Counted from the first letter of the stretch, positions 11,315 to 22,109 are shown. The stretch is DNA of 36,164 nt from Paraspadella gotoi (GCA_051294375.1 JBJCIZ010001037.1:1-36164); one strand, 5' to 3'. Made by a program: numbers and translations. Notes: generated by a model from the letters alone, not told the origin.

Positions 11315-13534
11315 ATGGCAGGCAAGAGCGCTTCCTTGGAGGATCTAATGCAACATGAGGATGGTGCTGGTAGACTCTCTGCTAGGTCACGATCAAGAGA
11401 CTCTCTACAAAGCAGAACTGTGTCACTAAGGTCAAGATCCAGGGAAAGGAGTAGTGATAGAAAGAGATTTGAAGGACCCCAATTCATGGAACACAGAGAA
11501 GTGGTAAAGAGGTTTGAAACTGATGAATCAGATGACGAGGGGAACAAAAGCGATACCCCAGATGTTGAAGAACAATTTAGGGGAACACAAGACCAATTCA
11601 CAGTGTTCACACAGAGAATAGGTGATCTTGAAGATGAAAACAACACCCTTAAATCAGAAAACGACACCCTTCTGTCAGAAAAAGCCCAAACTCGCATAAA
11701 TATGGACACCCTTACATCGGAAAGAGACCAGACTGAACGCAAACTCCAGCATGCTGAAAGCGAGATTATAGGATACAGAGAGAAAAACACCGACCTCATA
11801 AGGGAAATCGCCCAGCTAAGAAATGCCCTGGAGGGACTAAAAACAAAAGAAACAACAAGGATAGCCTCTGAGGCTATGAAAGAGCTCAATCTAATTGACG
11901 ATGACCTTGATGAAAATTCTCAAAGGAGAACTTCACTACCCACTTCACAACACCCAGCAGCCCTCATCCCTCCTAAACTCCAAGAAGCTGCAAAACCCAA
12001 ACAAACAAAAAGGACAATCTCCAGCAGAGACGAACATCCAGCCAGTGCCCCAACATCCCCAAAAAGGCCAGAAAGTGCGACAGCATCACCACAAAGAAAG
12101 CGTACTGTTGAGGACCTTGACGAGGATCTACTGCTCCTCCGCCAGGAACTTTACAAACAAAGTGAAGCAAGAGAAAAGGAGAGAGAGGCCCGAGAAAGAG
12201 CAATGGAGCTACTGGAAATTGAAAGGAAGAAAAAGAGGGAGTATAAAGAAAGACTTCACAACCTCTCAGACATGATGAGTGGAATGACAGTAAGAAATAG
12301 AAGCAGTAGCCGCAGTGAAAGTGTAGCATCATCCAAGAATCGGTCAACAACAGGAAGCCACAAAGCGCTAATCTGCGATGAGGAGAACATTGAATCTGGG
12401 ATCTCAACACCGAGAGAAAATGGAGAAAATTCGAAAGTGAAAGGTAAACATTTCCCCAAACGCGATAAGTACACAGCCTTCAGCGAGTATTTTGCGGCTC
12501 TCAAAGAGAGTATAAGAAATTGCATTGGACAGGGTCACACCATGTCGCAGATTGCATGGGAGCTATACCTCCATGCACAGGACAGTAGCTATGGTGGTGA
12601 GTTCCTGCACCAGCTAAACCGATTAGGCCTAAGTGATAAAAAGAAAACAGTAGACGGAATACTTAAAGCCATAAAGATGTCAGATTTTGATCATCGATTT
12701 CTGAGCGCATGGGAGCGTTTTGCTCAGCTTAGTAAAACTGGATCTGAAGATGTAGCCGCCTGGATGAGACGCCTGGAGACAGCCTACGATGCGTGTGCCC
12801 ATGTCTTTGATGATGCCGAAGAGTTCAGATCCAGACGATCCCACGAAATTAAGAAACAATTCTTCAAAGGCGGGGATTTCCCAGAATGGATGGCAGCACA
12901 ACTTCGTCCTTTCCATGACCTTACTGAGCTAGTACTGAACTGCAGAACGCTTGTGACCAAAGAAAGGAACAATAAGCAAAGACAAACAACAAACAACACT
13001 GCTGCGCAGCAACCACAACAACAGCGACCTTTTCGATCCCGCAATCAGCAACAACGACCGCAACATTTCCAACCGCAGCAACATTTGCAACCGCAGCAAC
13101 AATTCCAACCGCAGCAACCGCAGCAGCCACTCCTGCCCCACACCCCACAACAATTCCAACCACAGCCCACCCAGCATCTGCAACCCCAAAGGCCAATCCA
13201 ACCACAACCACTCTTGCGGCAGCAACAACAACCACAGCATCAAGCACTTGCTGCAACAGTGGATCCATTTGTCCGGCCTGATGGATCAGTTTCATTTAGA
13301 CCAAAGAGAGCAGATCGAATCCCTGCACCACTCAATGCAGGAAGGATGCCACTTGATGGGGAACATGACCCAAACTTCAAAGGAAGAATGTGCCTACACT
13401 GCCGACAAATAAACAAACACCTATCAGGACACTGTGGATACCAAAATTTCTGCCTGCACTGCAATTTAGAAAATGAACACACCACTCCTCATTGTCCACT
13501 GAATCCACAACAACAACAACAAAACCAGATATGA
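11315..13534 (+). CDS. gag: Gag polyprotein, 739 aa
   Basis: N-terminal coiled coils; capsid-like motif FAQLSKTGSEDVAAWMRRLETAY; Q/P-rich tract; two knuckles CLHCRQINKHLSGHC and CLHCNLENEHTTPHC; lies directly upstream of pol. Confidence 0.92.
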   Translation: MAGKSASLEDLMQHEDGAGRLSARSRSRDSLQSRTVSLRSRSRERSSDRKRFEGPQFMEHREVVKRFETDESDDEGNKSDTPDVEEQFRGTQDQFTVFTQRIGDLEDENNTLKSENDTLLSEKAQTRINMDTLTSERDQTERKLQHAESEIIGYREKNTDLIREIAQLRNALEGLKTKETTRIASEAMKELNLIDDDLDENSQRRTSLPTSQHPAALIPPKLQEAAKPKQTKRTISSRDEHPASAPTSPKRPESATASPQRKRTVEDLDEDLLLLRQELYKQSEAREKEREARERAMELLEIERKKKREYKERLHNLSDMMSGMTVRNRSSSRSESVASSKNRSTTGSHKALICDEENIESGISTPRENGENSKVKGKHFPKRDKYTAFSEYFAALKESIRNCIGQGHTMSQIAWELYLHAQDSSYGGEFLHQLNRLGLSDKKKTVDGILKAIKMSDFDHRFLSAWERFAQLSKTGSEDVAAWMRRLETAYDACAHVFDDAEEFRSRRSHEIKKQFFKGGDFPEWMAAQLRPFHDLTELVLNCRTLVTKERNNKQRQTTNNTAAQQPQQQRPFRSRNQQQRPQHFQPQQHLQPQQQFQPQQPQQPLLPHTPQQFQPQPTQHLQPQRPIQPQPLLRQQQQPQHQALAATVDPFVRPDGSVSFRPKRADRIPAPLNAGRMPLDGEHDPNFKGRMCLHCRQINKHLSGHCGYQNFCLHCNLENEHTTPHCPLNPQQQQQNQI

Positions 13535-16500
13535 CAGGATACGACGCTCCCGGGCGAGGAACTACTGGAAACTCTCTGCATCTCCCTCACCTATGACCTG
13601 CCCCAATTGTTTCAAAATGGACCCACAGTGAAAAGCCTAATACTCTCCCATTTCAACAACCACCCCCACACTAACCCTGAACAGCAATACAAAAATGCAC
13701 TACTTGACCTCCCCGGTGGCGTCCTAATGGAATGTCTGGCCTCTGCCTTGGATGCCAGAATTGAGATTCTCCAAGAGAATCGCCTTGTATATAAATCTAA
13801 ATATGATGGAACTGATGAACTAACACTGGTATATAATAATGACCCACAATCACTCCTTTTCTCCCACATCAACTTTTCAACCCCACAAACCTTCCTTGAC
13901 AAACTAGCCACACCCCAGCCTATTGTACCTTTGATGCCTTTGCAATCTGCCCCTGTTCAGCCAATGATGACTCACACCTCTTTAGGTGCTACTGTAATAC
14001 CTTCCTCAACCTCTCCACACTCTCTGTCACCACATAGTGAATCTGACATCTCTAAACACACCAAAAAATCTGATATTGAAAATCTTCACCGCCTTGAAAA
14101 CCATGAAAACCATGTAAATTCAACGCTTCTCTCCCAAATCTCCCCATCAAATCTTACAACTGAAAATTTGCCAAAATGCTTTCGCCAATTGAATAATCTG
14201 AGACAAGAGACAAGAGACCTCCTTTTTCAAGCCATGGGACAGGGACCCACAACTGCTAAGGTGAAATCTATCCTTGATGATATCAAGGCAAAACAACAAA
14301 ATAAGAAAAGTACAACTCTTGAATGCATTCCTGAAAATGCAGCTGAGAGCCACCAGAGTGCACATGAACAATCCCTGGAGAATGAGACGGTGCCTAAATC
14401 AAACCCAACCACGACCAGGATCACAGATCAAGCTGCGCTTGTAGCATCAATAAACCATGACAAAGATGGCCGTTTTGGAGACAGGCTTCAAGACTACAAA
14501 ATCAAGGATCTTGTGGCCTTTTGGTTGCCTTCGTCCTACAATGAAGGAAACACAGTAAAACTGCAACAAATTCTTGATACAAAACAACAGAAATTTGGCC
14601 AACCCATGTATCTAGTTGGAATCTTTCCTAACAAAAGGGTGAGACCCATGACCATAGATACCGGGGCAACAACATCCATGATTAGCGAAACCATGGCCAA
14701 AGAACTGAACCTAACCTTCTTGAAACGTGACCCATGCAACATCCATACAGCAAATGGCCCAATAATCTCTGACAGAGTGGCAACATCGCTAGTAGACCTC
14801 ATCGTGGTTAAGGTCCGGATGGAATTCTTGGTCATTGACAATCCTAGCTATCCACATTCCTTCCTACTTGTGGGATCTTCCTTCCTCCGCTCCAACAACT
14901 TTATGCTAGACCAGGATTTCCTGACCCTCTCGGAATCAATCAAAATACCCTTAATGGCCGGCCTAAACAATGCCCAAAAACACATTGATATGATCCAGAG
15001 AGATTACATCTCGGTAGCTGGAGAGGGCCTTCGAATGTCAGGAAATAGATCAATCCCACCAAAGAAAAATATCACTATCAGCGTCCGTCTGGATGAAGCA
15101 AGTAGCAAAAAACATGCTGGGCTCTGCATCCACTTTGAGAATGGCATAAGGAACATGATTGGAGTCCACGCACTGGACATGCTAATCTCCAAAGATCACG
15201 ATTATCTACGAAACCCAGTTAATTTGGTTGTCCAAAATCGCACAGACAAAGAAGTGGTGATAAAGGATGGCACTTACCTAGGAACCTTAAGAACTGTTGT
15301 GGATGAACAGCTGAAAACAGAACTCCAACACTGCGCATCAGCACAAGTGTCAGCCCTGGTCACCAAATCAAAACATGGCAGAATTGCCGAAGCATGGAAC
15401 AATCTCGCCCATGAATCACAAAAGCACACTTGCTTCATTGGGCGATCAACGGATGACAAGGACCTGGAAGAAGGCGAAATACTTGATGATCTGGAGGATG
15501 GTGAAATTGAGGACTCCCAAGAAGAACATATTCCTGATGACGACATGGATTTAGGCGTAGAGGTCCCAATATGGCTGTCTGACAGACTGGATGAGATTGA
15601 CAGGGAAGATAGAGCAAACAAACCAATCGCTTCCAAAGAGACATCAATAATTGAGCGAAATGACAAGCCAAAACATGAAATTGATGCTGCAATCACAAAG
15701 GTTCAGCGTGACATGGAAAAATACTGGGACCAAAAAGGAAAAGAAAGCCTGCTAGAGAAAGTGGTCATTGGAAAAAGGCTGACGGATGAGCAAAGGCGCC
15801 GCTGTGAGGACCTAACTTGGGAGTATAGATGCATATTTGCTACTAACTTCCAACACGCTGAAGCAGGCATACGTGACTATGCAGTGGACATGGCTTATGA
15901 TCCTGATAAGGTTGTTGCAGCAAATCCACGACCCACTGGTGTCTTTCAAAAACAACTGCTCTCCCGCTATATTGATATACTACTGAGAGCAAATATCCTT
16001 GAGCCATCAAAATACTCTTCTGTCGCCAATGCCTTCGTGATTGAGAAAAAGAGCTGCAAGATTAGATCAATTGAGCAGTTATCTAATGCTTCAGATGAAG
16101 AAATCTCAGCAAACTTCCGCCTTGTAGCAGATCAATCACACCTGGGAAAAGCCATGAAACCTTTCTCAAGCTTCCTCATCACCATGCGAGAGATGATGAC
16201 CTTTATGGAGGCAAATGCCTTCTATGTTACAGCTGATTTCTCAAACTTCTTCTACCAGATCCCATTGTCAACCACATGCAGAGCCATAACCTCCATCTAT
16301 GGTGGGGATAACAAGTCTTATAACTTTCAGAGAGTGACTATGGGGTCCCGGCCTGCCTTTTCAACGGCATCTCGAGTTGTGGAACTAACCTTCAGAGACT
16401 GTTTCTCCGTAAATGAATACTTAAGTTATGCAGATAATTTTTCCTTGAAAGCATCAAGCGTGGATGAGAGCTTGGATCAATATCAAACCTTTTTGGCTCG

Positions 16501-19500
16501 ATGCAAACACCAGAACCTCTTACTCAAACCTGGTGAGCTCTTTGTAGCCATGAAGGTTGATGACAACAATGGCGCATTTCAATTCTTGGGATTTGAATTC
16601 AGAGAAGGCAAAATCTTTCCTGGAAAGAAGAAACTTGCAGACTTTTCCTCACGCCCACTACCAACAAGCCGGAAAAAGGTGCTGCAACTTGCCCAATCCC
16701 TGAATTTCTTCCGCACCTTTAGCCCAAGATTTGCTAATGAACAAAAACAACTTTATGATGAACTGGAGCGCCAAAGGCTTTCTACAAGCAAATTTAAACT
16801 TACGCCCAAGATGATCCAACATCTCCGTGAACTACTCCATTTAGTGATGGACAGCAACGGGCTACACCTTCTAGTAAAGGATGATATCCACAAAAGTGTG
16901 TTTCTCCTCTTCACAGATGCATCAGAACTCAGCTATGGGGCAGCACTGTTTACACTTCGAGAGGGGAAACTACTATGCCTCTACTCCGTCTCTAAATCTT
17001 TCCCTCGCCCACAAATGAAATACCACATTAATAGGAAAGAACTGTTAGGATTGTACAACGCCATGCAGCAGATGTCACTGTTTTTGAGGTTTCGTAAATT
17101 CTTTGTGGTCACGGACTCTGCTTCTGTCCACAGTTGGGCACGCACGCAGATTTCATCTTTGCCCACATCTGTTCGCACACCCCTGCTCTACATGAGAGAG
17201 ACCTTCTGTTTCAGAACAATCCTTTGCAAGTCAGGGGATCAGCTGGCAGACCTCCTCACCAGATATGTCAAACCTGAAACATCATATGAGCAGGTTGAAG
17301 ATACTCTATTCAAGCTACACCAAGGCCCAAAACCTGACCATCACCTGGACGTTACAACCTTGAATGAAACCTGTGCTGCAGAAATCCAGGGACACAATCA
17401 AGCTTTTATGGAAAATACTACCAGTGACCATATTGAAGATGTTATCACCGACTCAGCCAGGTCAAGTGACCAGACCTGCTACGCAGCCCCTCATGGTCTT
17501 GAAGAATTTGATCTTCAGGAGTCTAGTGAAGAACTGACAACATTAGAGCAATCTGACAGTGATACAGACTCTGACAAAGAGATCACAGCTTTTGTTGCAC
17601 CAGCTACTAAACCTAAAAAGCATGGACAGGGTCAGAAGCGACCACCAAGTGACTCTGAAGATGAAACAAAAGCCAGAAGATATCCACGCCGCTGCATTAA
17701 GCCCCCAGAGCAACATACCAAACTTGAAGACTCAGATGCTGATGATGAGTCCCAAACAAAACAGCATCCACGCCGCTGCACTTTACCAAAGAAACAAGTA
17801 GTAAAAGTTGCTGAAAAACCAAAAGATGCAACAATCGTGGCTGAGGTATGCAATCGGGAGGGCCAAAGCTCTAAGACAAAAGTTGATAACCCACTAGAGA
17901 TCCAAGTCTCCAGAGTAGATGGAAAATCCTTTCAGATAAATCTTGATTCAAATGGGAAAGCCTACCTCTTGGCCCCAATAGAAATCAGCAAATCACACCA
18001 AGCTGAGCCAGAGATTGAAACACCCGGAAGACTGCTGGGGACACAAAACCAGGAAGGAGTCGCAACTGGTCCAGAGGATACAACTCCGAAATGGTCTGAT
18101 GCCACTCTCATATCTGTGGACACGAACCACACTCACAAAGAACCACAGGATATTGGTTGCACATGCAGAGTTAAACCAAACCCCAGCAGAAGAATCGCTC
18201 CAGATTCCTTAGAGATAATACAAGAAGGTAACCCCACTGACTTTGAACCAACAGAAAGCATCCTTGAAGATGCCATTGCAGCCGCGGGAGCAGAAACCAA
18301 CCCTTGTCCCAAAGCTGAAGACATCACATCAGAAATTGAAAGAGCTCAGCAACTATGCTCTGATACCCAAGCAATGGTTGAAGTGATAAGAATGAATGAA
18401 TTGCCGGAACAGCATGTGGCACGAACAAGATCCCCTTATCTCAATCATCTCATGGAAATAAGACCAAATCTCAAAATCACTGGTACATCGCTCTTCTTCT
18501 GCAAACTCAATGATGATGGCTCAATTACAAACACAGTCGTAGTCCCTCCCACTAAAGCCCAAGAACTGGTGATGAAAATACATTTGGACCTGGCTCATGT
18601 CAATCCCTCCCGTCTAAGATGCTCCATCTCTCAAAAATACTACATTCACAAGCTTCATGAGGCCTGCACAAGATGCTTCAAGACATGCGAGAACTGCCGT
18701 TTGGCACAAAAAGCCAAATTGTCTAAAGGCAGAAAAGTCCAAATTTTTGACTCAGCTGTAGCCAACACCTTTCATGCAGACCTGCTACAGCTGGAGGAGA
18801 TCCATTCCTACAAATACCTCCTCGTCCTTGTAGATCTGTGTTCAAGGTATGTGATAGCTGACGCTCTCAAAGCAAAAACGGCTGAATCAGTGGCTGAGTC
18901 CATTAAAAACATATGCTTTACCTACCAGCTATGCATTAACAGAATAGAGACAGACTTAGGCAAAGAATTCAGGAACAGCCTCATAGACTCTCTCAAGACA
19001 CAGCTTGGCTTTAGTTGTGTCAGCCTAAGACCCTCTCAGAAAAACTCAAACTTAGCAGAGAAGGTCAATGCTACGATTGTGGACCTTTTCCGACGTCTTC
19101 AACCAACAGGGGAACCCTGGACAAGGACCTGGAAAATGGTGATCAGAGCAATCAACATTGCGCCCATCAAATACTCTGATGACCTAACTGTCTCTCCTTT
19201 CAAATTGTTCTATGGTCGAGAGCCTACTCTCCCAAACCTACCTGATGTGACCACAACCCCACCTCATGGAACCGATAATGACTATCAATTTGAAAAACTA
19301 ATCCGCCAAGACGGGCTTCTCCAACGCGTCTGTCAACTCCGCTGCCTTGAGACTCCACCAAGTCTAATTCTACTTGGCACCGATGACTATGAGGTGGGCG
19401 AGAAAATCTTAGTCTGGCGAAATTTCGTTGAAAAGGAAAAGACAACGAAAGTGAAATCTTTAGAATTCAAACTCATGCCAAAATACGAAACTGCCTTAGT

Positions 19501-19597
19501 AACAAAGAAAAATGGTGACCAGTACCTAGTTCAACCAACGGATGGATCAAAACAAAGAGTTGTCCACAGAAGAACAATGAAGAAAATTAAACAGTAA
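13535..19597 (+). CDS. pol: Pol polyprotein (aspartic protease, RT, RNase H, integrase), in frame with gag
   Basis: Frame open from 13535. Protease TIDTGATTS (~14657). RT FRLVAD, ADFSNFFYQIPL, YADN (16427), FLGF. RNase H LFTDAS, RKELLG, VTDS, LADLLTR. Integrase H-X4-H...CENC, HADLL, ETDLG, LAEKVN, with a GPY/F-like C-terminal module (YEVGEKILV...VVHRRTMK). Confidence 0.97.
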   Translation, partial: QDTTLPGEELLETLCISLTYDLPQLFQNGPTVKSLILSHFNNHPHTNPEQQYKNALLDLPGGVLMECLASALDARIEILQENRLVYKSKYDGTDELTLVYNNDPQSLLFSHINFSTPQTFLDKLATPQPIVPLMPLQSAPVQPMMTHTSLGATVIPSSTSPHSLSPHSESDISKHTKKSDIENLHRLENHENHVNSTLLSQISPSNLTTENLPKCFRQLNNLRQETRDLLFQAMGQGPTTAKVKSILDDIKAKQQNKKSTTLECIPENAAESHQSAHEQSLENETVPKSNPTTTRITDQAALVASINHDKDGRFGDRLQDYKIKDLVAFWLPSSYNEGNTVKLQQILDTKQQKFGQPMYLVGIFPNKRVRPMTIDTGATTSMISETMAKELNLTFLKRDPCNIHTANGPIISDRVATSLVDLIVVKVRMEFLVIDNPSYPHSFLLVGSSFLRSNNFMLDQDFLTLSESIKIPLMAGLNNAQKHIDMIQRDYISVAGEGLRMSGNRSIPPKKNITISVRLDEASSKKHAGLCIHFENGIRNMIGVHALDMLISKDHDYLRNPVNLVVQNRTDKEVVIKDGTYLGTLRTVVDEQLKTELQHCASAQVSALVTKSKHGRIAEAWNNLAHESQKHTCFIGRSTDDKDLEEGEILDDLEDGEIEDSQEEHIPDDDMDLGVEVPIWLSDRLDEIDREDRANKPIASKETSIIERNDKPKHEIDAAITKVQRDMEKYWDQKGKESLLEKVVIGKRLTDEQRRRCEDLTWEYRCIFATNFQHAEAGIRDYAVDMAYDPDKVVAANPRPTGVFQKQLLSRYIDILLRANILEPSKYSSVANAFVIEKKSCKIRSIEQLSNASDEEISANFRLVADQSHLGKAMKPFSSFLITMREMMTFMEANAFYVTADFSNFFYQIPLSTTCRAITSIYGGDNKSYNFQRVTMGSRPAFSTASRVVELTFRDCFSVNEYLSYADNFSLKASSVDESLDQYQTFLARCKHQNLLLKPGELFVAMKVDDNNGAFQFLGFEFREGKIFPGKKKLADFSSRPLPTSRKKVLQLAQSLNFFRTFSPRFANEQKQLYDELERQRLSTSKFKLTPKMIQHLRELLHLVMDSNGLHLLVKDDIHKSVFLLFTDASELSYGAALFTLREGKLLCLYSVSKSFPRPQMKYHINRKELLGLYNAMQQMSLFLRFRKFFVVTDSASVHSWARTQISSLPTSVRTPLLYMRETFCFRTILCKSGDQLADLLTRYVKPETSYEQVEDTLFKLHQGPKPDHHLDVTTLNETCAAEIQGHNQAFMENTTSDHIEDVITDSARSSDQTCYAAPHGLEEFDLQESSEELTTLEQSDSDTDSDKEITAFVAPATKPKKHGQGQKRPPSDSEDETKARRYPRRCIKPPEQHTKLEDSDADDESQTKQHPRRCTLPKKQVVKVAEKPKDATIVAEVCNREGQSSKTKVDNPLEIQVSRVDGKSFQINLDSNGKAYLLAPIEISKSHQAEPEIETPGRLLGTQNQEGVATGPEDTTPKWSDATLISVDTNHTHKEPQDIGCTCRVKPNPSRRIAPDSLEIIQEGNPTDFEPTESILEDAIAAAGAETNPCPKAEDITSEIERAQQLCSDTQAMVEVIRMNELPEQHVARTRSPYLNHLMEIRPNLKITGTSLFFCKLNDDGSITNTVVVPPTKAQELVMKIHLDLAHVNPSRLRCSISQKYYIHKLHEACTRCFKTCENCRLAQKAKLSKGRKVQIFDSAVANTFHADLLQLEEIHSYKYLLVLVDLCSRYVIADALKAKTAESVAESIKNICFTYQLCINRIETDLGKEFRNSLIDSLKTQLGFSCVSLRPSQKNSNLAEKVNATIVDLFRRLQPTGEPWTRTWKMVIRAINIAPIKYSDDLTVSPFKLFYGREPTLPNLPDVTTTPPHGTDNDYQFEKLIRQDGLLQRVCQLRCLETPPSLILLGTDDYEVGEKILVWRNFVEKEKTTKVKSLEFKLMPKYETALVTKKNGDQYLVQPTDGSKQRVVHRRTMKKIKQ

Positions 19598-21009
19598 AAC
19601 ACCTCTTAAACCGCGACCACGCCCTGTCTCTACCCCCCCCCTCACAATTCCCGTGGTGCAGTGGATCCCCGTGATCTCCAAATCGCTGAAAACACGTCCC
19701 GCCATCTGGAAACGCTGGACTGAAGCTAAGCGGCGTGGATCTGCCCTACGGATGGACCCCACTCTCTTCCTACCCATTATCCCAACTGTGCGGTGGCTTT
19801 CCAGGCCCTGGACCCTGGTGTGGCCAAACCAGAACCAGTGGCGCCGCCGCGCCTCGGCTAGCCAAACCCTACCCTTTTCTCCTTTTTCTCCAGTGAAAAT
19901 GAAATGTAATAAAAATACATCAACTAAAGGTGCTTTGTCCGCCTCTTCAACTAAAGGTGCTTTATCCACACTATTACGTCATACACGCTCCAGGACCCTA
20001 AAAATTGGGCCAACATTTTATGCTCTTATTTTTTTTCTCGTTCTTTTAATCCTTATCTCTTTCCACTCCCCAAATTAGTATTGACTCAATGCGCGGGCCG
20101 CGGTATATCAAAGTATATTCTCTCTAGACATTTGATTATCCTTCTATCAATTGCTGTCGTGTTCTTTGGACAACTGTTAACCATCCTGTAAAAACTAGTT
20201 CTGGTCAAAACATTCCGATTTTAAGTAATAAATTCTTTATCCAGAAAACAGAAAAAAAATACAACAAAATCGACCACTGCTTTAATTTTTATTATCCTTT
20301 CTCTCCTTTCATCCTTTTCCCTCTCCACCTACATATTTTACCTTTGCCTTAACTTTTCTCCGTTTCTTTTATTCTATTTTTGTTCACCTTCCCTTTTTTT
20401 TTCTCTATCCTACTCTCCTTCCCTTTTTTTCCCTTCTTTACCTTTTTTTCCTTTTCTTTATTTTATTTTCTTCTTTACCTTTTCTTTTCCTTTATTTTCC
20501 TTTCTTTACCTTTTCCTCCTCCTTTCTTTTTTCCATCCTACTTTCCAGTTTTTAAACCTAATTTATTTTCACCACCCAACTCTGTACTGCTTATCGAAAT
20601 ATTCTTTACTAAAATATTATTCACAGGAAGCAGACTCGACTCATCGCCGAACTCATGTTTACCTCGCCGTCTTTACTCTCAGTCCAATTATAAGTGAAAA
20701 CCGAAATCTTTTTTTTCTCTTTTCTTTCATCTATCGAACTCACCTATTCTGTTTCAACTCTCAACTTTGTCACTCGTACTCCTTAATAAGTAATTTGATA
20801 GCCCTCGATTCTCCATCTGCTCAAAACAAATCACATCTATTACTATGACTCAAAATTCAAAACTTTCTTTTATTCACTTTGCAATACAAAAATTAATAAC
20901 ACAATATGATACTCTTTACAAACTACATAATAATTTTTTTTTCTCGTTGATATGATGCTCCTTATGCACTACTTATTCATTTTCGTTGTCACTGTCCAAA
21001 CTGTCCAAT

Positions 21010-21367
21010 TCAAATTCCCCTCGAAACCAATCTGGGACGCGGTGTGAACAGAGGAGAAGATATTGATGTTGAAGTAGCCTTGGGCAGAGCGATGTCTTGT
21101 ACAGACGATGACGTAGCCTTGGGCAAGGGGATTTCCTGTACAGATCGTCCAGTGTATGTCACGAAAGACTTTCCCAATTCTAACTCAGATGGGCTGGTCT
21201 GAGAATTATCTTCGATTTCAGTGGACGAGGTGTCCAGCTCTCCATAAACACCCAGCAGAGGCATGCCCCATCCCTGATCTTCATGACTGTGATGGAACTC
21301 TTGCGGAACCACAAGCTGCTGCATCCTTGGGAAGACCTCCGTGTTATTGTGAGGCCAGCGCATCCGC
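21010..21367 (-). CDS. Antisense spliced gene, exon 3 (terminal), unknown protein
   Basis: Acceptor TTTATTCAG immediately 5' on the minus strand; phase 2 joins exon 2 in frame; ends with TGA at 21012-21010; minus-strand AATAAA at 20874-20869. Confidence 0.65.
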
Positions 21368-21780
21368 CTGAATAAATATAAAATTAAAAATTAAAGCACT
21401 AAAATAAATAAAACTAAATTAAAACGACTAAAAATTAAAAATCATTAAAGTTAAAATAAATAACTTACTAGAACGTATATCCTTCTTTCACTAAAATCTA
21501 CACCTCACCCAACTGATTATTCACCTTTTCTCTCTCCCTCCTTTCCTCTATCTTTCTTTCTCCCTCTCTCCTCCTTTCTCCCTCTCTTTCGCTATCTCTA
21601 TCTCTTTCTCTCGATTCCTCTTTACCTCTCCCATCCCCCCTTTTTTTCTCCCCCTCTCTCCCTTCCTATTCTCCCTTCCTATTTCTCTCCCCTATCTCTT
21701 CCTCTCCATCTCTCTATCTTCCTCTCTCCCTCCCTCTATGACCCCCCCTCCATCCTCCCTCCCCCTACCCTCTTACTTAC

Positions 21781-22026
21781 ACTGGAAAAGCGGTAGCTAC
21801 GTAGGGCCTGTCCCTCCTCCCTAATGTGTTCCGGCGCACATGAGCGCCAAGATAAATCCGTGAAACACCATCGTCAGGCACCCGAACGAGGCCCTGGCCT
21901 TCAAGGACAACTGGGCTGCCAGGAACCCCATGCTGATGATGGTAGACAATGCCTGCAGAGCCTTGGCCATTTTCAACGGCAGTTTCGGGCCCAGTGAATC
22001 GAGCCCCAGGAACAGCCTCGTTCAAT
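21781..22026 (-). CDS. Antisense spliced gene, exon 2
   Basis: Acceptor CTTTTACAG and donor GTAAGT at 21780. The only open frame is the one required by the phase-2 end of exon 1. GC-richer island between CT tracts. Confidence 0.72.
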
Positions 22027-22109
22027 CTGTAAAAGTTTCAATTGACTCAAATTAAATTAATGAGATCTTATTCTCTACCCCCCCCCACCCCGTCAATTTC
22101 TGTTCTCGT

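Noticed and set aside
13607-13609. TTG start for pol given in the ORF track
   Set aside because: Eukaryotic context; the frame is already open from 13535, so readthrough from gag is the simpler explanation.
11248-19445. Antisense and alternate-frame ORFs overlapping gag/pol
   Set aside because: Shadow ORFs of a long coding region; no motifs or splice support.
19380-19597. Chromodomain at the integrase C-terminus
   Set aside because: Looks like the GPY/F SH3-like module; chromodomain aromatic-cage motifs are not seen.
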